Source: Catajapyx aquilonaris
Lineage: Eukaryota
Direction: 5' to 3'
NCBI GenBank assembly: GCA_000934665.2
Contig: JYFJ02004355.1
Location: forward strand, 1 to 40,114
Length of the DNA: 40,114 bases
Both the position numbers and the translations under genes were made by a program. The notes under the pieces are model-generated. The model was not told the origin of the DNA and did not search any database. It worked only from the letters and a program-made list of their open reading frames with translations. Positions 1 through 10,119 of the stretch are shown here, in pieces (the stretch's first letter is position 1; every line of letters starts with the position of its first letter).

Positions 1-57
1 GAGGGGGGGAGGTAAAAAAGTGAAAAAATCTGTCCGCGCGGATTATGGACGGCCCCT
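1..57. mobile_element. Terminal inverted repeat end of a PIF/Harbinger-like MITE, truncated by the window edge
   Basis: The reverse complement reads AGGGGCCGTCCATAAT..., resembling Harbinger-type MITE termini, with a G-run internally. The partner TIR is not visible. Confidence 0.35.
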
Positions 58-221
58 TTCGTACCTATAAAGTTCAGCCTTAGTCCGGTAGGGTCGCCAC
101 ATAAATGCTCTGGGAAATGTCTCGTGGCGGTCTCAGGTGAGCACCCGGTGCATAATCCCTCGGCAGGGGGTGGGTGGGGAGTGACCTAACCTGAGTCTTC
201 TACAGCCATGCGTGAGGTTGT

Positions 222-450
222 CACATCGCTACACATCTCCGTCGCTACTTCCTCCACATCATCGGGAGGTAGTCACGTGATTGGCTGTGTTCGCTACCTC
301 CCTACCATCTGGCGGTAGTAGTCACATGATGGGTGAATTTGCAACTTCCATACCTACTAGCGGTAGTAGTCACGTGAGTCGGTCCCTTGCCCCACCATCT
401 ACCGGTGGGTATTATTACACGCTTTATTATTATTGTTGTTGTTGTTGTTG

Positions 451-538
<88 letters not shown>

Positions 539-1122
539 ACGCTTTATATTATCTTCACTCGGTTGTCTGTGAGCGGATTTGTGTGTGTGTGTTCACCCCT
601 CTGTTCGCCATTGCCCCACCATCTATCGGTAGGTATTAACGTTAGGGGTGATTTCGCGCCTTCCCACACCATCTAGCGGTTGGTATTCACATTAGGGGTG
701 ACTTTCCTACATCAACGCCAGATGGCGGCAGTAGTCACCTGAGTTTCGCACATCGCTGCACATCTCCGTCGCTACTTCCACTACATCATAGTGAGGTAGT
801 CACGTGATTGGCTGTGTTCGCAACCTCCATGCCATCTAGCAGCAGTAGTCACGTGTGTGGGTGGATTTGCAACTTCCACAATTAACGTTAGGGGTCACTT
901 CGCAACTTCAACGTCATTTGGCGGTAGTAGTCACTCTAGTTTATGAGGTCGCTTCGTCTTCCACCGCATCGTTTGGGTGTCATCCGCCACTTCCACACCA
1001 TTATCTGGAGGCAGTCACGTGAATGGGTGTGTTCGCTACCTCCCTGGCGGTAGTTGTAGTCACATGATGGGTGAATTTGCAACTTCCATACCTACTAGCG
1101 GTAGTAGTCACGTGAGTCGGTC
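222..1122. repeat. Degenerate ~45-50 bp satellite with higher-order duplicated blocks
   Basis: Recurrent unit ...ACTTCCA..CCATCT(A/G)GCGGTAGTAGTCACGTGA.... Block 222-350 recurs at 749-880 and block ~290-384 recurs at ~1027-1122. Confidence 0.8.
424..537. repeat. (TTA)n/(TTG)n trinucleotide microsatellite
   Basis: Directly visible. It generates the poly-Y/I/L ORFs in the track. Confidence 0.97.
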
Positions 1123-1308
1123 TGTTAGCAATCTCCACGCCAGTCACCGGAGTTACATACTGGCTCTCAGTATCCAGTTCGCTTCCTCCAAACTACAGGG
1201 CGGGAGTAAATACTCCAGACTGTTTTTTTAGTGACAAAGTGAAAAGATTACAAATCACAGTCTGCTGGCACCATTCCTTCCACTTTATCACTAAAAACCA
1301 GTTAAAAT

Positions 1309-1811
1309 AAAAATATATAAAAAACCTTTTTAAGAACACGCTTTATATTTCCAAGTGCACTAAAAAGTAGAAAATAATTTCTTCCTCAATCTTCAGCTTT
1401 CTCTTTTACCTTGAACTGAACAGAAGATTAATTACTTTCTTTCCATGGAATTCAGCTACTGCAGTATTGTCTTGCTTTACTTATATTCTTATACGGCCTA
1501 CATGACGAAAAATAAAGCATGGGCACTAAATGACACATTATCTACTTCCATGGCATGAAATATAACCATGTACAGTATTAAAATTTTAGTGCCACGCTTT
1601 ATTTTTCGTCATGTAGGCCGTATAAGAATATACTGTAAGTAAAGCAAGACAATACTGCAGCAGCTGAATTCCATGGAAAGAAAGTAATGAATCTTCTGTT
1701 CAGTTCAAGGTAAAAGAGAAAGCTGAAGATTGAGGAAGAAATTATTTTCTACTTTTTAGTGCACTTGGAAATATAAAGCGTGTTCTTAAAAAGGGGTTTT
1801 ATATATTTTTT
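1309..1811. mobile_element. Foldback/MITE-like long palindrome (~220 bp arms, ~55 bp spacer)
   Basis: 1309-1530 is the near-perfect reverse complement of 1585-1811 (AAGAACACGCTTTATATTTCCAAGTGCACTAAAAAG... vs ...CTTTTTAGTGCACTTGGAAATATAAAGCGTGTTCTT). Confidence 0.85.
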
Positions 1812-1954
1812 TATGATAGTCAAGTAACCTGCGACCCCCCTCCCTCCCCGAGTGTTAGTAGATGTCGAAAAAAAAACCTTTGTGATGAAATATCAAATAA
1901 AATTTATTTTGCTAATTGTTTAAATTTTAGTTATTTTTAAATTTATAATAATAA

Positions 1955-2032
1955 CTGCGGCCTATCACGGCCCCCCTGGACCTGCTCCATGGCCCCCTTG
2001 GGGGGTGGCGACCCCCAGGTTGGGAACCCCTG
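1955..2032. mobile_element. One end of a hAT-Charlie-type MITE
   Basis: Ends in GGTTGGGAACCCCTG (reverse complement CAGGGGTTCCCAACC, a Charlie-type TIR), followed by CGCTAGAC, a Charlie-like target site. Confidence 0.65.
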
Positions 2033-3264
2033 CGCTAGACTAATCCACCCGGGGGAGTTCACAAAATGACCAAGCAACGGCATTGCACTTGCACTTTGCA
2101 CATCCCCTCCTACTTACCCTTGGAACAATTAAATAATATAAATATTATATGGTTCCAAATATGGTGGTATTCCCATCCCCCTAAGAGGGCTTCGGCCCGA
2201 GCACGGGGTAGCTGAAAAAAAAAGAAAAAAAACTGCGACAATTTACGCGTCGAGGGCCATATTACACAATGCACAATTCAATCTCGAACAAAATGTAACT
2301 CTCGTCGTTCTTCATTTTAGGTCTTCATCTGTATACTGCATTTTCAGCCTGCTGCCATGTGCTAAAAAGAATCGCACGGTACAATGCAGTGGCGTAAGGG
2401 ATCATAGTGATTCTAATAATAATAATAATTTGGCCTCTGCAGGCCTGTAACGCAGATGTCAGTTACGTCATGCAAGGCAATTACTTATTGTAATACTGGA
2501 CGCTATTTTTGCACTATCTGTCAAAAACGTTTTGGTCAGACGTTTCCTGGCGCGATATAACCATCAGCATTAGCCCAGAGTGAAGTTTATGGGGAGAAAA
2601 AATACCATAGTGCTGATGGGTGCATAGAGGCAAGATGGCCTACGTGGAAAAACGTTTTTTTTTTAAATGACACGACTGTAAAATTAATTATGAAAGGGAC
2701 GGTAGAATCAAATCGAATTCAAAAATTTGGAGTCATTGTTTCCGTTTGAAAAATATATTAGTATAGAAGACAATGATAATAATATTGTCACTTTGCTTAA
2801 GTCATACATGATTGTACAGTACAGTACAGTACGTTTAATAATACTTCCACTATACCGATTAACCTATTTATCTTGCCAATAAGTGCAGTGTACGTATACA
2901 GTATATGTTACATTTAGGATGGCACGGTGGTGTATAGGCCACTGGTTAGTATAGTGTCACAGACTTCCCACCTAAAATACGGTATGCCATAATTTTCTCT
3001 ATAAGTTTATAATGTACGAGTACATATTTTAAATATACCGTATACGTATTTTGCATATACGCTATTTTTTTATTACACCTCAGTTGAGCATAGTTCATAG
3101 GACGAGGTAGTTACCCCACCAGAATATACCGTACATAAAGAGCGATTACAATATACGAGTACGTAATACCACAATATTTTAATCTATAGACACAAAACCA
3201 ATAAAAAGAGTGCATCAGGTTCCGTATTTTGTAATGTAGGTATTTCTGCACATTGGTCAGCGGA

Positions 3265-4356
3265 TAGTCCGGGACCTAAGCGCAAAATACAGACCGAACT
3301 TTGTACTTTGTGATAAGAAGGTGCCACCTGGTATCAACATTTCAAAAAGAACTGTCCCGTCGAGCGGGTAGCCCACACGTCGGGATGAACGGAACGGGTT
3401 CCATTCATCCTGAAGTGTGGGCTACCCTCTCGACGGGACAGTTCTTTTTGAAATGTTGATACACATGTTCCCTAGACCTATATGAGTCATTTCAGAGTTG
3501 GCGGCACCTGATCGGCCCCTTAGGTCACGAGTAATTATTCGGTGTTGCCAACTCTAGCTATTAAAGCTAACCTAAGCGTTTTTAACTTTGCCTTTTGTGA
3601 TAAGAAGGTACCACTTGGCACATAACTTCCCTAGGCCAATAGGAGCCATTTGAGAGATGGCGGCATCTGATCGGCCCCTTAGGTCAGGAGTTATGAGGCG
3701 TTGTCAAGAATGCCAACCCATGAGGCGCAAAACATGGACATGTCCTAAAAGTCGGATAAAACCGCATGAGAATGGCAGAAAATGACACAGATCCACTCTG
3801 CCGATGTATTACAAGGTACTGAGGTGACACCTGTCCATAATGGACCCTGCTGATTATAGTGAAACCCTGTCAATTTATTAAGAAATTCAATGGAAACTGA
3901 GGTATATGCAGAGGGCATGATTTTTTTTTTCATTTTGACATAGGGGACCGATCAGGTGCCGCCAACTCTCACATGAATCCTAAAGGCCTAGAAAACGTAT
4001 GTATTACCAAGTGCAAAGTTAAAACGCTTAGGTCCCGGACCAGGTTGGCAACACCGCGTAACTTGTGACCTAAGTGGCCGATCAGATGCCTCCAACTCTG
4101 AAATGGCTCATATATACCTAAGTAACATGCGTGCCAAGTAGCACCTTATCACAAAATGCAAAGTTAAAAACTGTCAAAAACGCTTAGGTTAGGTTAGCTC
4201 GAGTTGGCAACACCGTATTACTCGTGACCTAAGGAGCCGATCAGGTGCCGCCAACTCTGAAATGGCTCCTATAGGCCCAGGGAACATGTGTGCCAAGTGG
4301 CACCTTCTTATATCTTATCACAAAGTGCAAAGTTAAAACACTCAGGGCCCGGACTA
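3265..4356. mobile_element. Foldback element whose inverted arms are built from ~150 bp tandem sub-repeats
   Basis: Unit ...GTGATAAGAAGGTGCCAC...GAGTTGGCGGCACCTGATCGGCCCCTTAGGTCACGAG... occurs twice forward (3300-3700) and ~2.5 times inverted (3940-4356). Termini TAGTCCGGGACCT / AGGGCCCGGACTA. Confidence 0.8.
3334..3459. mobile_element. 126-bp near-perfect hairpin MITE with TA target duplication, nested in the foldback element
   Basis: TCAACATTTCAAAAAGAACTGTCCCGTCGAG...CTCGACGGGACAGTTCTTTTTGAAATGTTGA, flanked by TA/TA. The other sub-repeat copies lack it. Confidence 0.9.
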
Positions 4357-4421
4357 AGACGATCCCAGGCAAACATTCGCCAACTACAGTAGCTTCATTA
4401 CATTTAGATATATGGGATATA

Positions 4422-5910
4422 CACGGTGAAGGGAAACTCGCGCCCAATTGCCAGGTAGACTGAATGGCTGATAGTACTCGCAAAACTAATATAGGGATGT
4501 GCAATTAGTTTTTGGCTCCTTTGCGTAGTTAATGCGTCTATGGTGCCCTTAACCTGTTGAGTACTGGGTTTTCTTTTCAAGTGCAATACCCACGCCCCCC
4601 CCCCCCTTATTTCGGAAATGCGAATAGGAGTTAGACTACTTGAAATACCTGTTACTTGAAGTAAATTACTTGAAGTAACTTACTTGAAATAACAATTACT
4701 TGAAACAACTGTTACTTGAAACAACTGTTACTTGAAACAACTGTTACTTGAAACAACTGTTACTTGAAATAACAGTTACTTGAAACAACAGTTACTTGAA
4801 ATAACAATTACTTGAAATGCATGCGAACAAGGGCACGCGCAATGCGCAACTCTCAGGACAAAGGTCCGTCGTCGGACCAGTGGAAATAACAGCTACTTTG
4901 CAATAACAGTTGAAATAGCTGCAACTCAGTCGCAGTTACAGTTATTAAGCTATTTTCGACTCAGTAGCAGCTAATGCGATTCCGCTATGACGTTATTCTA
5001 CTATTTTGGTCGTGATGTTGGTACACTACAGCGTGCCCCTACCCCTGCCACAGTTAGTCTCTCCCATTACTTCTCACTTTTTTCAATATTTTCAGTGCTC
5101 GAATATAGCAGAATATTTATAGCTGCTCCTGAGTTGCAATTATTTTCAGTAACTGTAATTTAAATAACCGTCATTGCAAAGTAGATGTTATTTCTACTAC
5201 TCCCGACGAGGGGAGAAGATCCGCGCTGATAGGGGCCCATCTCTGATTGGCCGGATAGCTTCCAAGATCCTCTCAACCATGGCTAAGGTCTGGTCTGGTC
5301 ACTCGCTCTTACCGCCTGACGCCAGAGATTTGTCTCTCAGGCACCAGGGGGCAGCAGGATCCATCTTACCTCGCTGATTCAAGCCACTCAAGCAGTGCGT
5401 GATAGTTGAACTACCAACCACGAGATGGAATGGCAAGAGCAGCTTAAAAGTCATTGGCGCCTTTTTTATGCGAAGAAATGAGCGCGCAAGTAGCAAACCA
5501 TCATATGATGGCCGTAGGCCCTGGCCGGGCACGTCATGCTCGGCCATCATATGACGGTCGTCGCCCTCAACATGTTAAAGTGTAGAGGGCCGGATGGTAC
5601 AATACGAGGTAAAAATGACGAAGTCCACGGGTGTCGTACCAGGATTCTTGCTTTGACGGGATTTGATCGCCTTTTGCACATGGGCGATGTGTTACGGGAC
5701 CAAGGCAAGGGACCGAAGCAGACCGGAGGCCCTCGAACTGACTTTTTGCTTCTTAGAATCAGGCGGAACGGATGTGACGTCACGAAACTTTGTCGGTGCC
5801 GTACGTATTAACTACGCAACGGAGCCCAAAACTAATTGCACATCCCTATATTAGTTTTACGAGTGATAGCAGTCTACCTGGCGATTTGGCGCAAGTTTCC
5901 TTTCACCCTG
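4422..5910. mobile_element. Non-autonomous Tc1/mariner-type element with ~115 bp TIRs and internal cargo
   Basis: TA|CACGGTGAAGGGAAACT...GCGTAGTTAAT (4422-4537) is inverted at 5803-5910 (...AGTTTCCTTTCACCCTG|TA). Confidence 0.8.
4626..5202. mobile_element. MITE-like insert with a 16-bp tandem array (CTGTTACTTGAAACAA)n, 4637-4817, and related inverted termini
   Basis: About 11 tandem units. 4879-4930 (GGAAATAACAGCTACTTTGCAAT...GCAACTCAG) is inverted at 5129-5199. Confidence 0.6.
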
Positions 5911-8763
5911 TATAATAAAAATAAAGCTATAAACACAGTACGTTATACATGAGCTAATTGCAGTGGGATAGAGAATTATATGCCAGACTTATAAAATATG
6001 GCTGGATAATACGGTCTTCCTACCCGTTGAAAGCTGGAATGAGCTACTCTCACTGAATGACTCCTGTGGGATTGCGAATGAAATTCTCTGCTTTTGCAGC
6101 AACAATGAGAACAGCAGTTTTACTCCTTCTCTACCTCTCCTCCTCTACCTCTCCTTCTCCCCCTTCTCCTCTCTCCCCTTCCTCGTCCGAGATGAAGTTG
6201 AAAGAGTTCAGTCCCATGGGAAATGTGACTTCAAAATGGATCATAAGTTTATGTCCTTCAATCTCGGCCTTAGCTTCTTGCCTTATTTTCTTACTGGTTA
6301 GGGGATAGTAGGAGACCTCAAAGGCCCATATACAGTATATGGTAGCAATTCAGTGAAATGATGGACATGAGTGCACGGCTATAGGACTTCTTAAACGCTC
6401 ACCTCGACACTTTTGTCATTGATGCGGTACACTATAAGCACACATGTTATGAACATGCCTCAGCTGTGCTGCCGCTAACAAGATTATACGCATTTGCAAG
6501 CGGTGCTCTTGAGTAATGAATCTCGTCCAATCTACTGTACTTTCACTGATTAATTATCGATCTCTGTAAGTCCGTGCTCCGGGAAACTACCGTACATCGA
6601 ATTTGTGAGAGGCCGGCTTAAAATGGAGAGTGCCACAAAAATAGGACAAAAGAATATGCAGCGAACGCAGGATGTCATATACACGGCATGTAATTTTACC
6701 TAATGCTCTTGTTATTAACTGGGTGATAAAGTACAAGTCAATTTGCCCCTGATCAGCACATTTAGGACCACTCACTTCTTGATGTTATGGGTCAGTTGGA
6801 CTAAAAATTTGTCAATTATTTGCATTTAGCTTTTTTTGTGATCCTTCAATCCAATTAGGTGAATAGACGCAATAACCAACCACAAATGATTATCATTTAC
6901 CTAGTTATTTTAATGAGCGTATTGGCACCGAGAATAAATTATATGAAAAAACCCTGAGTACTTTTGGCTCCATAATGAGGTGGGAACACATTTCATCATT
7001 ACGGGACTAAAGCTGGAATGGCGTCAGTAAATCGAGTTTCGTGCAACTTCCTTGAAACTGCCTTAGTAGGTTTTACCACTGCACAGTAGGAGAGGGATTA
7101 GCAAATAACCCGAAGATATTGCGGTTAGGGCCTTACTGCACTCGAGCAGCTTATACATTTTTAAAACCAGGATAAGCCTATAGCGCATTATTTGATCCCA
7201 AAGAAGTGCAGATGAAGGAGAAACGCCCAACATGAGTTTGAACATGTGACATTTTGCAAGGTGACTCATATATTGACCTAGTTTGTGTGGACTCGCGTCC
7301 TCCAAGACATCTTCCCAGGGAAATGCATGAGTATCGCAATTGTCTCATCAATAATGCAACACCATTGCCATGACCACGGAAAAATACAACCGAATTTTGG
7401 TTCGAGATCAGTATCGAAAATCAGAGACCATCCTCGTGACATGCGAGAATTGAACACGGTAATCTTATACCATTTACACACAAAAAAAGGTAGGTGGGAA
7501 TATTTTGCTCGTCGTTGGGAAACGAAAATGTGTTGAGGCGGCTGACACATGGTACGGAAGACAATATTCATTATTTTCCAATGCGGCGTTAGGGACTACT
7601 GTCGCCTAGGTGACGAATGCGCAATATGAGCACCCCCACCCTCCCTTCCCACGTTTCCATTTTGTCCCCCCTGTCTCCCCGTCCTTCCCCACCCAACACA
7701 CACACAGACCTTACCACAGCACCCTTGGCACCTAACGTATTTTGCCAATATTCCATGCTGCAGGAGTTGGATAATGCGATTTGAACAGTGTCGCCTTTAG
7801 CGTCATATAATGAACCTCATCCATATAGAAGCTGGCAAACAATAATAAAATCTTCCACCTGAATTCTGGATATTACACGCCTATTCGAAGCAAACTGAGG
7901 CGACAGATCAGGGTTGTGTATGACATGGTTGTTCTGTTATACATTTTGGCTCATTTTGTTAATCACATTAATAATGTCGCAGGAGCCAGAATAGTCTAAG
8001 GGGAGACATGTTCTCCTATACATGTAAGTAAGTGATTAAGGGGCCTTTTTAAAAAGAGTTACTTCTGAACGAATAGGTGCTCGACAGTGATCGATATGAA
8101 GGTAGCATGTACTGTTGGCAGGAAGGGTGCCAAGTTTCTGTAGCATCTTCGTGACGTCATGTGACCAGCATACAGCTTTGCGCAGCAAGGTGGGCGACAG
8201 GTTCACCTGAGTGTCTATATCACTATACAGTAGGTGGTCGGAAATGATCGTGTCACACTAAAAGAGTCATAACAACAATTGCGAAGTCAAATGTACTGTA
8301 ATTTTGCACATCCACAAGCCTTTGCGCTTTGAAACAGCACCTCAAAGACAGTGCAGAAATTCAAGGCAAACACTTAGAAGTATTGGGCGGAAGAATAGTA
8401 GGCCTGTCGTTAGTATTTCCCGTGGATTTGCCAAGCGGAACGACTATCAGTGACGTAATTAGATTTCAATGGCGTCTGAAGTGCAAGCATCTGCAAAATT
8501 GCGACCTGCAAGGTCTTTCTTGAATGGGTGCTTTTGATTTCTCGTAGGCGGTGTTTCCGCCTGACTCATGCTGAGATTAACTTGCACAAAGAGAAGACAG
8601 TTTAGACTAAAGAAAACGAACCATTAAATATCTAGGATCTATCCATGAATAACGTTATTCACGACACGTGTTTCAACTTGTTCAAGAGACTCGTCTATGC
8701 TGTATAGAGAGGTGTGATCTTGAGAGCACAGAAGGCGTAAAATAATGAGATTATGGCGTCAAA

Positions 8764-9123
8764 CAGGATGGTGACAAAGGTGCGCACTTCCGCTCGTACC
8801 TAGAGCAAGTTATTCTAAGGTGTAATTACCTAGTTGACTTGGACGATTTCGTATCCATTACGGAGATAATGGCATGCTAAGGTTATACACGTAAGCAAAA
8901 GCAATGGGGGTCATCCTGTGTATCAGGTGACACATGTCGCAAGGGAGGTTGTGGGTTGGAATACCATCAGCAGGAAGACCCCTATTACGTACGTCTGTAA
9001 CCTTATCATGCCATTATCTCCGTAATGGATACGAAATCGCCAAAATCATCTAAGGTAATTTCGTCTTAAAATATCTTAAGAAACCGGATCCGACAGGAAG
9101 TGCGCACATTTGTCATCACCCTG
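8764..9123. mobile_element. Tc1/mariner-like MITE with ~150 bp TIRs
   Basis: CAGGATGGTGACAAAGGTGCGCACTTCC...CGATTTCGTATCCATTACGGAGATAATGGCATG is inverted as ...CATGCCATTATCTCCGTAATGGATACGAAATCG...GGAAGTGCGCACATTTGTCATCACCCTG. Confidence 0.8.
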
Positions 9124-9266
9124 CATATTGGCGATTCGGTGGGTTTTCCTAGCATCCTAGGCAAATGATTATTGGACTAATTTGTTTCTGAATATATGGT
9201 ACGTAATTTGAGAACCATTTTGAGTCCGATTCTCCAGCCTATAACGTCCTCTACTGATATGTCATA

Positions 9267-10119
9267 CAGTAAAACTTATATTTAAGTCGAATATCCATGG
9301 AACCGGAAAAAAACATCGAGTTATAGAAGATTCGAGTTAAAGAAGTTTGGATTTTTTAAAGCACAGAACTCTATAAGGAAGCCTACCTTTATATCCAGCG
9401 ACTAAAGGTGTTCAAAACTTTAAAATACCTGTAACTATCACACTTACAATGTTCCTCATCGTTTTGTTGTAAAAAAAATCTCCGTTATGGACATTTGCCT
9501 ACTCTTAGATTCAAGGATTCAATTGTCCCAATCGAGTAAAACACTTCTTTCGATACTTCTGGTAGACGGAGATCAGGAAATTGAGCCTTTCTGTAAATGT
9601 GGCCTACTCTCTACCCTTCGGCTGGGAAATTCGAAAATTTTCGTACTCACCATCATGAACTTCGACTTAGGGAGGCTTTATAATTGATATTAGGGAGGTT
9701 GGCCCCTGCATTGTCCCTTCAACCTCCAAGGATATGGAAGGAAGGAAGGAACCGGCTGTGGCCTATATTATATACGGAAGGGATCCCGGAATCATCCTAG
9801 GAAGACCGTGGAAAACCACAGAAAGCCACGGTCAGGATCGTCGGCCCCGGGATTCGAACCCAGGACCTCCCGATTAGCAGTCGGACGCCTTATCCACCAT
9901 GCCAACCTTCTTTGGTACTTAGGGAGACTGAAAATGCATTGATATCCCATCGTAAGGCCCTGCCTGCACTTCGAGTTATGGAGAACTTCGAGTTATAGAA
10001 ATTCGAGTTAGGGAAGTTTATTTCCTATCATTTTACATTGTGACCAACCAAGCTCATCATTTTCTTCGACTTATAGAGAACTTCGACTTAGGGAAGTTCG
10101 ACTTATAGAAGTTTTACTG
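9267..10119. mobile_element. pogo/Tigger-like MITE with TA TSD
   Basis: TA|CAGTAAAACTT...AAGTCGAA and TTCGACTTATAGAAGTTTTACTG|TA, with subterminal TTCGA(G/C)TTA repeats. Confidence 0.85.
9675..9916 (-). mobile_element. tRNA-derived SINE (family A, copy 1) nested in the pogo-like MITE
   Basis: Minus-strand A box TGGCATGGTGG and B box GGTTCGAATCC. 10-bp TSD ACTTAGGGAG at 9665-9674 and 9917-9926. Highly similar to 14671-14905. Confidence 0.9.

Noticed and set aside
60..210. Possible HDV-like or twister ribozyme (GGGTCGCCAC...GTGGCGGTCT pairing)
   Set aside because: Only one stem found; the required pseudoknot and catalytic residues could not be placed.
281..676. Poly-Tyr/Ile/Leu ORFs
   Set aside because: Artefacts of the trinucleotide microsatellite.
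4637..4817. CRISPR-like array (also considered for 222-1122)
   Set aside because: Head-to-tail repeats without unique spacers, no cas genes, eukaryotic context.
5547..7734. Stop-codon reassignment or readthrough to explain in-frame TAA/TAG
   Set aside because: Intact neighbouring genes terminate with TAA, TAG and TGA and contain no internal stops.
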